From Promethearchaeota archaeon (GTDB lineage Archaea > Asgardarchaeota > Lokiarchaeia > Sigyniarchaeales > SOKP01): a stretch of DNA of 64,000 bases. The notes under the pieces are model-generated. The model had not been told where the DNA came from. It was given only the letters and a program-made list of their open reading frames with translations, and made no database searches. A program made the position numbers and the translations under genes. Location: the NCBI GenBank assembly GCA_011364925.1, contig RDOA01000009.1, forward strand, positions 47,291-111,290. Direction: 5' to 3'. Shown here one piece after another: positions 31,002 through 41,200 of the stretch. Each line of letters begins with the position of its first letter. Position 1 is the first letter of the stretch.

Positions 31002-31427
31002 ATGATATTAACTTTTTTCCAGATGGGAAATTTTAAAATAGACGAATATCTCCCTATCATAATGATTGCTGCATTTGCTGTAGGAGATATATTATTGCTT
31101 AAGCTTGGGTTAGTAATAACTAAAGCGCAGAAAAGAAAACGCATGAAATGGGTTGCGGGAAGTTTTGCAATTCAATTTGGAGTAGTTTTTGCTATAAGTT
31201 CTCCTTTGTTTTTACTTGGCATTATAGGTGCTTTCAAAGGGGGGCCTCCTCCTGTAGGGTTAGCTTCTATCGTTTTCATTTCAGCTTTTATTGATCTTAA
31301 CATAATTAACATTTTACATCAGATTGGATTAAAACGCTCACTAGTAGTGGTGATATTTACATTTGCTCCAATATTTCTGATGATGGTAGTTTTTGGGATG
31401 TATGTATCAAGCTTTTTTCATTATTAA
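31002..31427 (+). CDS. Small integral membrane protein
   Basis: Four hydrophobic segments; no recognised motif. Confidence 0.7.
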   Translation: MILTFFQMGNFKIDEYLPIIMIAAFAVGDILLLKLGLVITKAQKRKRMKWVAGSFAIQFGVVFAISSPLFLLGIIGAFKGGPPPVGLASIVFISAFIDLNIINILHQIGLKRSLVVVIFTFAPIFLMMVVFGMYVSSFFHY

Positions 31428-32353
31428 GTATTGTCTAAGTTAATCACTTTATTTATTTCCTTATTCATTTCAGAGATTTTGTCTCTAGCAGCTTCACCGA
31501 ATTTGTTCGCAGAGTATTTGCCGTTTTTAGAATAAGCATACATTATTCCTCTAGAGGAATTAACAATTGCTCCCAAGCCATCCTCATAAAATCCATTTTT
31601 TGTCTCTTTTGCCGTAGCACCCTGAGCTCCAAAACCAGGTATTAGAATATAAGAATTCTTGACTATGTTTCTTATAGACTTTAGTTCATCTGGGAAAGTG
31701 GCGCCTACAACGACACCTAAATTGTGAAAATTTGATACTTGCGTTAACTCTTCCCCCCATTTAGATACAAGTCTTGCCATTTTTATGTAATTTCTTTCTA
31801 AAGTAGCATTTTCCACGCTAACTTCGATCTTAGAATCTGGTATTCCTAATATTTCAGTACTAAAAAGGTTTTGAAAGTCATTACTGCTAGGATTTGATGT
31901 TTTAACTAAAACGAATAAACCTTTTTCTTTAAATTCTAAAAATGGTTTTACTCCATCAATTCCAAGATATGCGTTTATAGTACACGCATCAGCGTTTAAA
32001 ACTTTAAAAATAGAATAAGCATATGCCTCTGAAGTCGTCCCGATATCGTTTCTTTTGCAGTCTAAAATAACTAATAAATCCTTTTTGTGAGCATATTTTA
32101 TAGTTTCTTTTAAAGCGTCGAAAGCTTCATATTTCTCGTAAAATGCTATTTGAGGTTTTATAACAGAGATTATATCATATGTATTATCAATAAGAGTTTT
32201 ATTAAATTCAAGAATAATTTCATTGGGGTCATCATATTCGTCGATTAAAAATTGTGGAATTTCCCCTTCTTTATCTAATCTGGGATCCAATCCCATGGAT
32301 ACAACGCTATGTTTATCCTTAATTGATTGAATTAAATCTCTAATAAAATTCAT
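31424..32353 (-). CDS. pyrF: Orotidine-5'-phosphate decarboxylase
   Basis: GLDP, KPQIAFYE, DCKRNDIGTT, KTSNP, VVGAT, LIPGFGAQG, NSSR. Confidence 0.96.
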   Translation of the reverse strand: MNFIRDLIQSIKDKHSVVSMGLDPRLDKEGEIPQFLIDEYDDPNEIILEFNKTLIDNTYDIISVIKPQIAFYEKYEAFDALKETIKYAHKKDLLVILDCKRNDIGTTSEAYAYSIFKVLNADACTINAYLGIDGVKPFLEFKEKGLFVLVKTSNPSSNDFQNLFSTEILGIPDSKIEVSVENATLERNYIKMARLVSKWGEELTQVSNFHNLGVVVGATFPDELKSIRNIVKNSYILIPGFGAQGATAKETKNGFYEDGLGAIVNSSRGIMYAYSKNGKYSANKFGEAARDKISEMNKEINKVINLDNT

Positions 32354-32515
32354 GATTTAATATTAAGATTAGTTCTTGTTTTCTAATATTTTAAAGGACT
32401 CTTTATGTATATATCTTTTTCTTAGAAACTCTTATTGTGAAGCTTTCTTTAACTGTGGATTTCGCACTTTTATTTGAATAATTTACTAAACCATACAATA
32501 TAGAAAATTAATTAC

Positions 32516-33946
32516 CTATTTTTCCCGATAAAAAGTTTCTTTCCCTCGAACCATTGAGATTAAGGCTCCAAATATACAAATTATTGCGGATACTATAAAA
32601 GCAGTATGCATTCCCATTTCAAAACTAGCTTTTATTGAGGAGGTGATTACAATGGTCTGATGAGATAATACGGGATTCAACACATAAGGGGGAATAAATA
32701 TTGCTAAGATAGCACTAAGCAAAGCTATGCTAATTGATTGCCCTATCACCCGCATTGTAGACAGTGTCCCAGAAGCAATTCCTAAATCTCTTTTTTCGAC
32801 AGATTTCATAATAGCAGACTGATTAGGTGAAGAAAATAGTCCAATCCCAAAACCAATAACGGATTGGCTTATAATAATATAAATTATGTTAAGATAAGTA
32901 ATTATAAACACGAGACTGAAAAGCCCTACTGCCATAATACTCAAACCTACAGTACATGGAATTCTTGTTCCTATTTTATCAGACAATCTCCCACTAAATA
33001 AGGTAGAAACTGCCATTGTTAATGTGGTTGGAACTAAGAAAAATGCTGTTATTGCTGGAAATATTCCTAATATAGATTGCAGATAAATTGATAACAAAAA
33101 ACTTACCCCCATTGTAGCAATATAATTTATTAAAGCAGCAACATTTGCAGCAGCAAAGATCCTGTTTTTTTTAAATAGATTTAAGTTTAGCATAGGATAT
33201 TTTACCTTTGTCTCTATAATAATGTAAGAAATAAAACTTATTATTGAAATTATTATAAAACTCAGAATAATCGGAGACATCCACCCAAAAGTATTTGCCA
33301 GACTCAAACTTAAGAGAAATAAAGCTAAAGCAATACCGAAAGCTATGGTTCCTAAAATATCAAATGATTCGTCTTTTAATTTTAATTCTGATTGTTTTAA
33401 TTTTAAAAATCCGATGATAATTAAAATTACACCAATGGGAAGATTGATTGTAAATATGGTTCTCCATGTACCAGTAACTTGTATTAAAAGACCTCCTAAT
33501 ACCGGTCCTAATACCAATCCAAGATAAATAGATGCAACATATATTCCTAATGCTTTGCCCGTTTCTTGATGGGGAAACACTTCAGTTATCATTGAAGCGG
33601 AAATCGCAGCTATAAATGCACTGCCCGTTCCTTGAATCGCACGAAATATGATAACCATCTCTCCAGATGTAGATAACATACATAAGAAACTTGAAAATGT
33701 AAATAGGATAATACCTAATAAAAAAAAGTTTTTTCTTCCACGAATATCTGATAATCTCCCAAATGCTATTAAAGTAACAGCCATAACCAAAAGATAAACA
33801 ATCGGTATCCATTGAACAATTTCAAAAGAAGTTTTTAAATCTTTAGAAAGCGCGGGAATTGCAATATTTAAAATACTCCCGTCTAAAGAAGTCATAAAAG
33901 AACCTACTGTAGTGACTCCTAATACGGTCCATTTGTATTTTACCAT
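32516..33946 (-). CDS. MFS transporter, DHA2/EmrB-like (14 TM)
   Basis: LDGSILNIAIP, GRLSDIRGRK, RAIQGTG, LGPVLGG, WRTIFTINLPIG. Confidence 0.92.
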   Translation of the reverse strand: MVKYKWTVLGVTTVGSFMTSLDGSILNIAIPALSKDLKTSFEIVQWIPIVYLLVMAVTLIAFGRLSDIRGRKNFFLLGIILFTFSSFLCMLSTSGEMVIIFRAIQGTGSAFIAAISASMITEVFPHQETGKALGIYVASIYLGLVLGPVLGGLLIQVTGTWRTIFTINLPIGVILIIIGFLKLKQSELKLKDESFDILGTIAFGIALALFLLSLSLANTFGWMSPIILSFIIISIISFISYIIIETKVKYPMLNLNLFKKNRIFAAANVAALINYIATMGVSFLLSIYLQSILGIFPAITAFFLVPTTLTMAVSTLFSGRLSDKIGTRIPCTVGLSIMAVGLFSLVFIITYLNIIYIIISQSVIGFGIGLFSSPNQSAIMKSVEKRDLGIASGTLSTMRVIGQSISIALLSAILAIFIPPYVLNPVLSHQTIVITSSIKASFEMGMHTAFIVSAIICIFGALISMVRGKETFYREK

Positions 33947-34089
33947 AGTAAATACTCCAATTTCATTTTTTTATATCATTTTGATCCTATAATTATATCT
34001 AAAAGTAAAATTTGGAGTTATTAAAAAATTAAGATTTAAAAATAAAAGCAAAAATCAAAGAAATACTAAAAAAATATCAAAGTTTAAAT

Positions 34090-34692
34090 TTAGACTCTTA
34101 ACGAGCCACGGAATCCCCTAGCGCTATAGAAAGAGGGTGCGCTGTTATGATATATGAATACATGATCGTAGCGGCGATCAGCAAAGATGGCGCCACCAAG
34201 TTTTCTAATATCAGAAGGTGTTTTCACCCAGCTCGATGTCTTCATATCAAAATTCCCAAGTTTCTGCAACTCTCGATATTGTTCTTCTGTTAAAAGCTCA
34301 ATGCCCATTGCAGCTGCCATATCAATAGCATTACCTGCTGGATGAATCCCTTTCTTTTCCCTCGCCTCCTGTCCTTCACGGTCGTAACAAACATTTCTAC
34401 GGTCTTTAGGACTTTCCGCTGAGCAATCATAAAAAATGTATTCACTCGTCTTTTTATCATGGCCAACAACATCCGGTTCACCACCAGTTCTTTCCATTTC
34501 ATTGAGTGACCACAGTTTATCTGTATTGGCTTCCAGCTTTGTTTGTATTTCAGCCCATTTAAGACTTTTATGGCGGTCCATGTTTTTCTCAAAACGAGCT
34601 TTCAATGCTCTGAGTAGTTTTTCATGTTGTTCTGTTGACAACTCTTTTTTGAATGCAGTAATTGACGATTTAGGCATAATCATCGTATTCAT
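34090..34692 (-). CDS. DUF4256 family protein (bacterial-type)
   Basis: LKARFEKNM.RH, WSLNEMERTGGEPDVV, DCSAESPK.RR, KTSSWVKTP..IRKLGGAIF, ARGFRGSLRV. Confidence 0.85.
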   Translation of the reverse strand: MNTMIMPKSSITAFKKELSTEQHEKLLRALKARFEKNMDRHKSLKWAEIQTKLEANTDKLWSLNEMERTGGEPDVVGHDKKTSEYIFYDCSAESPKDRRNVCYDREGQEAREKKGIHPAGNAIDMAAAMGIELLTEEQYRELQKLGNFDMKTSSWVKTPSDIRKLGGAIFADRRYDHVFIYHNSAPSFYSARGFRGSLRV

Positions 34693-34828
34693 CTTGAATA
34701 TATAAAATTATCTAGGCATGGAAGGACATTTTTAGTCCTAATTGCTGTGAAAAATTAGAGAACATCGGACTTTATTTCCACTAAATTAAAAAAAAAATAG
34801 AATATTTTTGATACAATAAATGTTCTAA

Positions 34829-35797
34829 CTAATCATTATTTTTGTTACCTTTTCCGGATCTTATTTCGCGGATTCCTTCCTTAACTTTTTTTATCGTAAT
34901 TCCTTTAAGTTTAATGAATCGAAGGATATATATGACAGTAGAGATTATAATGCCCACAAGGTAAAAGATTTGAATAGTCCAAAAGAGAGGTTCTATAGAT
35001 AAAAAGAATACTAGTTTAAATATGTATGATAAGCACGAGATCGTAGCGATCCAAATCATCGAAATAAGTAATGCGATTCTTTCGTAGAACTTTGGTTCTC
35101 CTTTATCAAAAACAAATATTTTAAGCCAAAAAACAATACAAACAAAAGCCACAGGCGTAAAAATAAGAGATCCTATAGCAATCGGTATAAGCATATATAC
35201 TGCAAATCTGTTTCTCCAAATATCAAGAACATCTCTTAATGACATTTGATCTTGAATTTGAACCTTCGCGTACTTTTTTCTCATGCTGAAGTACCCTTTC
35301 TTAATTTTTCTTCCTATTTCTTTTGCTCCTCTTTTTGCACGATTAAATATTCCTGCATCTGTGGCCTCCTGAAATTCTTCTTTAATTAAAGGAATAATGT
35401 ATAATGTTAGTGCAAATGAAATAATACCATAAAGAAATACAATAAGATCGATCCAATATTGTATACCCGTGGGAGACGTAGAAGGTGGTAAGTTTGAAAT
35501 TATACTATAAATTGCGTATCCTATGAAAATTACCGGAATAATCAATTGTATTACTATAAGAACCTGAATATCTTTTTTATTGAATTTTTCTGTAAAACGA
35601 TTAAGAATCCATAAAATAGCATTTGAAACTGTTAATATCAAACCAAATCCGGAAATGAGCTTCATTGCCCAAAAGAAAATCAAGTAACTAAGATTCAATG
35701 CGACAAATCCAAAAATGAACTCAAGAGCCATGAAAATAGCAGTTCCGACTAAACCAATTATATAGAAAATATCAAATTGTTTGAGATTTAGATTCAT
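34829..35797 (-). CDS. Integral membrane protein, unknown function
   Basis: About 7 TM segments with a basic cytoplasmic loop. Confidence 0.75.
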   Translation of the reverse strand: MNLNLKQFDIFYIIGLVGTAIFMALEFIFGFVALNLSYLIFFWAMKLISGFGLILTVSNAILWILNRFTEKFNKKDIQVLIVIQLIIPVIFIGYAIYSIISNLPPSTSPTGIQYWIDLIVFLYGIISFALTLYIIPLIKEEFQEATDAGIFNRAKRGAKEIGRKIKKGYFSMRKKYAKVQIQDQMSLRDVLDIWRNRFAVYMLIPIAIGSLIFTPVAFVCIVFWLKIFVFDKGEPKFYERIALLISMIWIATISCLSYIFKLVFFLSIEPLFWTIQIFYLVGIIISTVIYILRFIKLKGITIKKVKEGIREIRSGKGNKNND

Positions 35798-35910
35798 AAA
35801 TAAAATGAATTATTCTAAATCTTAATAATGTTCGTGAAGTTACATTTCAGTTTTTTCAAAAAAATAATAGTTTAGCACCTTTTCTTTCATAGATATCAAG
35901 ATCTTATTAA

Positions 35911-37422
35911 CTAATTAAGAGTTTTACCTATTTTCTTATTCTTTTTCAAAGATTTTCTAGACTGCCATGGATATATTGATATTGCTGTTACAAATGGTAC
36001 CTTAGATCTTCCTATACGGAACAAGCTTCTCAATGATTTTCTGATTTCTGACATAAATTCATTTCTAATAATTTGATTTTTTACCTCTCCTTCTTCCTTG
36101 ACTAATTTCAATCGAAATAGTGCGAAAAGACCGATAAAAATAGCAATTATAAAGAAAAAATCTATTCCTTGTAATGATAGTATTTGAATGGTAGTACCTT
36201 CATTTGGAAAGTTCCAAGTTAAAGTCCAAGAAAAATTAGAAAATTCAAAAATATTTACTAAAAGTCCGCCAATAATAGGAGCAACTCCCAAGGAAATAGA
36301 TGTGAATAACGAAGCTATCGCTAGAAACCAATTAGCTTTTCCTCTTGGAGCTAATTTCAAACCAATATTGCTTAAGGAAAGAGAAGTTCCTGCTAGTGAA
36401 ATTCCCATAAGAATATGTATTACAACTAATAATGGAATTGTTAATAAATATAATGCAGAAACTGATGTGAAAATCCAAGCTAAAATGCACAAAAGAAACA
36501 TAGGACATGATATACTCAATACAGATTTATTACTGAACTTATCAGAAAGAGAACCCCACAACTTTAAAAACATCAGATTTACAAGTTGGCTTATTACAGT
36601 GAAAACTACAACTATAGTCAGACTTAAATGTAATTTTTCTAGCATATAAACTGTAAAAAAAGGTACTGTTAATCCAATTGTAAAATACCAAAAAAATAAA
36701 AAGATTAGAAGCTTTTTGAAATTCTTATCTTTATAAGGTTCAGAAATTGTTTGGAAGAATTTTGGTTTTCCATCTAATTTTATCATCATTGGTTCTGAAA
36801 TTTTTGAAATATAATAGACGCTAATCAACCCAAATATAAATCCTAAAAAATACAAAATAGAATAACCAAAATCTTCTGCATTCACGAAATTAGTTTTCCA
36901 AAAATCGATAAAAATTCCAGCTAATAAATTTGTGATTAGTCCCATGAATGTTGATATTAGCAATCTTCTAGAAAAAAATTTGCCAAGTATTTTTTGAGGA
37001 ATTAAATCATGCATCCAAAAATTCCAAGCAGTATGTCCAATTGAAGCGAAGATAGATTGTAATGATAAAAAAATAATTAAAAAAATTAAACCTGATTCAG
37101 ACTTGAAAAAAAATGGAACTAAACCTATTGTTAGGAGGCAAATTCTATATAAAGTTAGTGAAAAAACACTAATTGCCCGACGATTACGTAATTTTTCAAT
37201 TAAAAAAATTGTGGGAATTTGAAAGAAATTGCATATTGTTGGAATCGCGCTCATTAGACCAATAATAAAAAAATTTGCTCCAAATCTCAGAGCAAAAGAA
37301 ACTAATATTGGCCCTGTCGTTAAATTCACCATAATTTGGGAGATGTAACCATCTTTCGTAACGTTTTTCAACGAAAGTTCTATGTCATTTTCACTTAATG
37401 TCTCTTGAGTTGGAAGGAACAT
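35911..37422 (-). CDS. MFS transporter
   Basis: About 12 TM; WMHDLIP...GKFFSRR, WGSLSDKFSNK. Confidence 0.88.
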   Translation of the reverse strand: MFLPTQETLSENDIELSLKNVTKDGYISQIMVNLTTGPILVSFALRFGANFFIIGLMSAIPTICNFFQIPTIFLIEKLRNRRAISVFSLTLYRICLLTIGLVPFFFKSESGLIFLIIFLSLQSIFASIGHTAWNFWMHDLIPQKILGKFFSRRLLISTFMGLITNLLAGIFIDFWKTNFVNAEDFGYSILYFLGFIFGLISVYYISKISEPMMIKLDGKPKFFQTISEPYKDKNFKKLLIFLFFWYFTIGLTVPFFTVYMLEKLHLSLTIVVVFTVISQLVNLMFLKLWGSLSDKFSNKSVLSISCPMFLLCILAWIFTSVSALYLLTIPLLVVIHILMGISLAGTSLSLSNIGLKLAPRGKANWFLAIASLFTSISLGVAPIIGGLLVNIFEFSNFSWTLTWNFPNEGTTIQILSLQGIDFFFIIAIFIGLFALFRLKLVKEEGEVKNQIIRNEFMSEIRKSLRSLFRIGRSKVPFVTAISIYPWQSRKSLKKNKKIGKTLN

Positions 37423-37478
37423 AATAAACTTTATAGTTGAGCCTTTTTAGGAATTAGATTTATTATGAAGAAAATTGG

Positions 37479-38582
37479 TTATTGAATTAAGATTTTTTGC
37501 TTTTCACCCAGTTCTATCGACAATTCTTTTGTAATTTGTTTTTTAATTAACTCTTCTAAACCTAGTCCATGTATTGTTCTTCCCTCTTTCCTAAAATCTT
37601 TTCCACATAATATTGAGGAGAGATTGATTACAGAGTCAATTATAGGCGTTTCAACACCTAAAAATTTAGCCAAAGATGAAATTGGTACTAACCCAGTTGG
37701 TACATCCTCGGTGAAATATCTTGTAATTAATTTATTTGGTGCATTTATATTTTCATAAGCCTTTATGTTTTGAATTGAATTATAAATATTATTCATTTTA
37801 ACACCATATGATTTGTTTACCCACTTGCTAAAATTTAATTGGTTTAATCCCAAAATTTTACATATTTTATTTAATTCAAGTTGAATAGTTTCAAGAACTT
37901 CGCATATCCTAGTCGTTGCACCCTCAGCATAGAACTTAAAATTTTTTCCACATTCCATAGCACCAGCATTTAATAACGAAAGTGTTGGATGTAACAACAT
38001 CCCTATATTATTCAATGTCATTTTAAGATAATCATCTACAGGATTTAACTGAGGAAATATCTCTTTTAGTGTATCATACACAAAAAAAGTATCTTTATCG
38101 GGAAATGCAGCAAAATCGATAAGATTTTTGATTTTAAGTATCTTTACTTTATTTTTTTTCAGTTGCCTTGAAGTAAATATAAGTGTTTGGGTTTCAGCGA
38201 TAAAAATAGGGAATAATACCCCTTTTTTTTCAATCGTATGCCGAAATTCAACAGCACCAAAAGTTCTTCCAGGGTTTAAGAGTATTATCTGATCGGGTGA
38301 AAGATAAGGCGCAATTTTTTCAGCAATATCTTTATGTGCTGAAGCGGGGACAACAATTAAGATGATATCAACATTTTTTACTGCCTCTTTTAAATCCTGT
38401 GTAACTAAATTGCATGGATAGTTGCCTTTAATTTCGCCTAAGACACTAATTCCCCCATTCTTCTTTATATCTATGATTCTTGAAAAAGTACGATTATAGA
38501 GATTAACTTGATATCCATTGGATGATAAATATGCTGCAAAAGCTCGACCACCATTTCCAGCACCGATTATACAAAACTTCAT
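37479..38582 (-). CDS. NAD/NADP-dependent octopine/nopaline (opine) dehydrogenase family
   Basis: IIGAGNGG Rossmann motif, VVPASAH, LNPGRTFGA, AETQT, LNNIGMLLHP, FYAEG, RYFTEDVPTGLVP. Confidence 0.9.
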   Translation of the reverse strand: MKFCIIGAGNGGRAFAAYLSSNGYQVNLYNRTFSRIIDIKKNGGISVLGEIKGNYPCNLVTQDLKEAVKNVDIILIVVPASAHKDIAEKIAPYLSPDQIILLNPGRTFGAVEFRHTIEKKGVLFPIFIAETQTLIFTSRQLKKNKVKILKIKNLIDFAAFPDKDTFFVYDTLKEIFPQLNPVDDYLKMTLNNIGMLLHPTLSLLNAGAMECGKNFKFYAEGATTRICEVLETIQLELNKICKILGLNQLNFSKWVNKSYGVKMNNIYNSIQNIKAYENINAPNKLITRYFTEDVPTGLVPISSLAKFLGVETPIIDSVINLSSILCGKDFRKEGRTIHGLGLEELIKKQITKELSIELGEKQKILIQ

Positions 38583-40328
38583 TTATATATCACCTAATAG
38601 AGAGATTCTTTGATGCAAGACATTGTTTTTTATAATATCGGATTGGTTTGAGATAACATCTTTAATCCTCTGTATTTCATCGTATCTTTTTTGTCTTAAA
38701 TTATCCCAGGAGTTGCATTCTCCATCAATTATTTTAGTTTTGATTTTACCTAAAGCAAATTTGTTATTTTTTAAATGTGGAGCATCGAATATTCCATATT
38801 TGACTAACCGGTTTAAAACGTTAGGATTGATATATGGGTTGCTACGCTCATCTTTATTTTTAGCGAGTGAAGGTATTAGATTAATAATCCATTTTGCTTG
38901 TTTGATTAACTCTTCTTTTCTTTTGAGTATATGACTATCAATCATATTAATTTCGCTTGAATACATTCTACTTATAACTTGGTCCACTATTTTGCAACTT
39001 TCAATTACATCTTCTGGAAGAGCAACATGGTTAGCTTCCGAATAACTTACTACATGAACAATGTCTGGTTTCAAAGTTAATTGAACCATAGTTGCCGCTG
39101 CCAACTGGCCCTTAGCTTTATTTAAATCTAGTGGAAAACTAGCTAAGCCAGTCCTCACTTGTTTTATGACAGAAAAGTTATTGTCTGTCAAAGAGTGAAG
39201 TAATTCGTTTTTTGCGAGCATTTTAGCTAAATCCATATTGAATGAACTTGCAGGTGGGGTGTTAAACATATATTGTGCTATAAAATATCTAACTCCTAAC
39301 ATTTTGGCGATGATTCCACAAAGATACATATCTGCGACAGCAATACAGTCTGGGGCATCTCGTAAACTCCAATGGTGAGCATCATTGATTTCAACAGGAA
39401 TGTCGTTTTCTCCATGCCATTTTATTACTGCCAAATGTTGCTTTATTGATTCTTTTAGGGTTAAGGGACCACGACCGTCCATCTGATTAAACCAGAAAAT
39501 GGGTATAGCAGCCCAAGCATTTTTAATTGTAGCCCTAAATAATTTAGCTAATTCTATAAAATCACGTGTGCCAGCATATATTCGCAATAAAGGATGGTTT
39601 CCAGTTAATCTTGCCTTATTCAATTTTAAAAGATCTTCTTTAGATCTTATAGGCACTCCTCCTGCTCCGGATAATTCTTTATTATTATCTTCGGGATGAA
39701 AAAAATTAACTTGAGTATTTTGATCTGGTGCAATTGAGACTATGTCTAAAACTTCGGAGTCTGCAATCTTCTTAATTCCTTCAATAGTATCCCTCAAATT
39801 AGGTAATCCAAAATGAGCTCTTATTACTGGAAATGGTTTTTTCCATTTTATTCGTGAGATTAAATCTCTTGGAATTGTTTCTTTTTTCTCATATTCAACC
39901 AAATCATTTCTTAAAGTGGAAATTATTTTATGTTTTGATTCCCCGCCAATAAAAAATTCATGAAAAAGATTAATTTCTTTAGCAACTTTAACTGTTTCGG
40001 GAGTTCCTGCAAAAAACAGCCTTGAAGGTCTTTCTTCTAGTTTCTTATAATGTACTTTCAGCTCTCTAAGTATAGGTCTCAATGTAGAAGGCGTTAACCT
40101 GTAACTTAGTCCTAGGATGCTTGGATTAAATATTTTTATTTTATTAATAATTGCTGGAATCTCAGTTGCAGGACCTAAGAATAAACAATCAAATCCCAAT
40201 TGGGTTGCTATATCCATAAAATTATGAACTCCTGCTATATGAACACATTGACCAAGACATGCTGTTAAAATTTTCCTTACATGCTGTTTTCTATAGTTAT
40301 TACTATTAGCTTTAGCCACATTGATCAC
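38583..40328 (-). CDS. Cobalamin (B12)-binding domain protein with C-terminal TIM-barrel-like domain, uncharacterised
   Basis: LGQCVHIAG (variant of DxHxxG), FLGPA, GLSYRL, FAGT. C-terminal RAHFG, SIAPDQ, YAGTRD, DGRG, EINDAHHW, QYMFNTP, HVVSYSEA. Confidence 0.8.
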   Translation of the reverse strand: MINVAKANSNNYRKQHVRKILTACLGQCVHIAGVHNFMDIATQLGFDCLFLGPATEIPAIINKIKIFNPSILGLSYRLTPSTLRPILRELKVHYKKLEERPSRLFFAGTPETVKVAKEINLFHEFFIGGESKHKIISTLRNDLVEYEKKETIPRDLISRIKWKKPFPVIRAHFGLPNLRDTIEGIKKIADSEVLDIVSIAPDQNTQVNFFHPEDNNKELSGAGGVPIRSKEDLLKLNKARLTGNHPLLRIYAGTRDFIELAKLFRATIKNAWAAIPIFWFNQMDGRGPLTLKESIKQHLAVIKWHGENDIPVEINDAHHWSLRDAPDCIAVADMYLCGIIAKMLGVRYFIAQYMFNTPPASSFNMDLAKMLAKNELLHSLTDNNFSVIKQVRTGLASFPLDLNKAKGQLAAATMVQLTLKPDIVHVVSYSEANHVALPEDVIESCKIVDQVISRMYSSEINMIDSHILKRKEELIKQAKWIINLIPSLAKNKDERSNPYINPNVLNRLVKYGIFDAPHLKNNKFALGKIKTKIIDGECNSWDNLRQKRYDEIQRIKDVISNQSDIIKNNVLHQRISLLGDI

Positions 40329-40676
40329 TTTTTTTGTAGTTTTTAATAAACTAATTCTCAGTTATTCGAAGAATAAGCTTGAATTTCATTCAAAAGCCAA
40401 TTGATAACGATCTAAAAATAGGTATATTTACCGTAATATTGGAGCAGAGATCAATTGACATAGTTAACTCTATATTATTCTAGAAATGTTGGGTATTTAA
40501 ATATAATGTTCATTTAAATATAAGTGAATCTATTCAATATATAAAAAAATAACTTATTAAATAATTATTTATTTATATAAATTTAATTAGTATATGTACT
40601 TTTAAATAGTACAAATTACAATTATATATGAACAATAATTATTTTGTGTAAAGGAATAAATTATATCAGTTGGTGA

Positions 40677-40907
40677 AAGGATTTCTCAGCTAGGTCTTCA
40701 CACAAGAAAACCAAATTACAGATTTTAGAAAATATATTTAAAGTATTAGATGATGGAAAATTTCATACAATTAGTGAAATTTCTCAATTAACCAATTCGA
40801 ACTGGAACACTATAAAAAGGCAAATTCAGTTCATACAGAAGGTACAAGAATTACCCAAAATTGATTTAATTCACGCTTCAAAGCAAATATTAGTGAGAAA
40901 GATTTAA
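40677..40907 (+). CDS. Small winged-helix/HTH protein (76 open codons, no canonical start); not in ORF track
   Basis: ...KKTKLQILENIFKVLDDGKFHTISEISQLTNSNWNTIKRQIQFIQKVQELPKIDLIHASKQILVRKI*. HTH pattern TISEISQLTNSNWNTIKRQI; divergent from the B12-opine operon. Confidence 0.6.
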   Translation, partial: KDFSARSSHKKTKLQILENIFKVLDDGKFHTISEISQLTNSNWNTIKRQIQFIQKVQELPKIDLIHASKQILVRKI

Positions 40908-41200
40908 TTTGAATAAGAGAATGATATAATTCTCTAAAACTAGTAAATAAGTTAATTTTTTTCTATTTGGATAAAGTTTGCTTTCTTTCTTCATTCTGAA
41001 AGGCAAACTTAGAGTATAGAAGAATATTCTCAATTAAATATTTAATAATAACTTTGAGAAAGAAAAAATTGATGTAAAAATGGTGGGAATATTAGCAATT
41101 TATAAGAAGAAGAAATTGAATGAGGATTTATTAAGAATAATTTTGTAATAGAAGGCGATGAGTATTGAATTTAAAAAAAGAAGGAGGAAGTCAACAAATT

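Noticed and set aside
40330-40670. Cobalamin riboswitch upstream of the B12-binding gene
   Set aside because: No recognisable B12 box or GGGAA core, and the region is extremely AT-rich.
41040-41148. Short open frame (...EKIDVKMVGILAIYKKKK...) that might be a gene remnant
   Set aside because: Too short and no recognisable family; cannot be supported.
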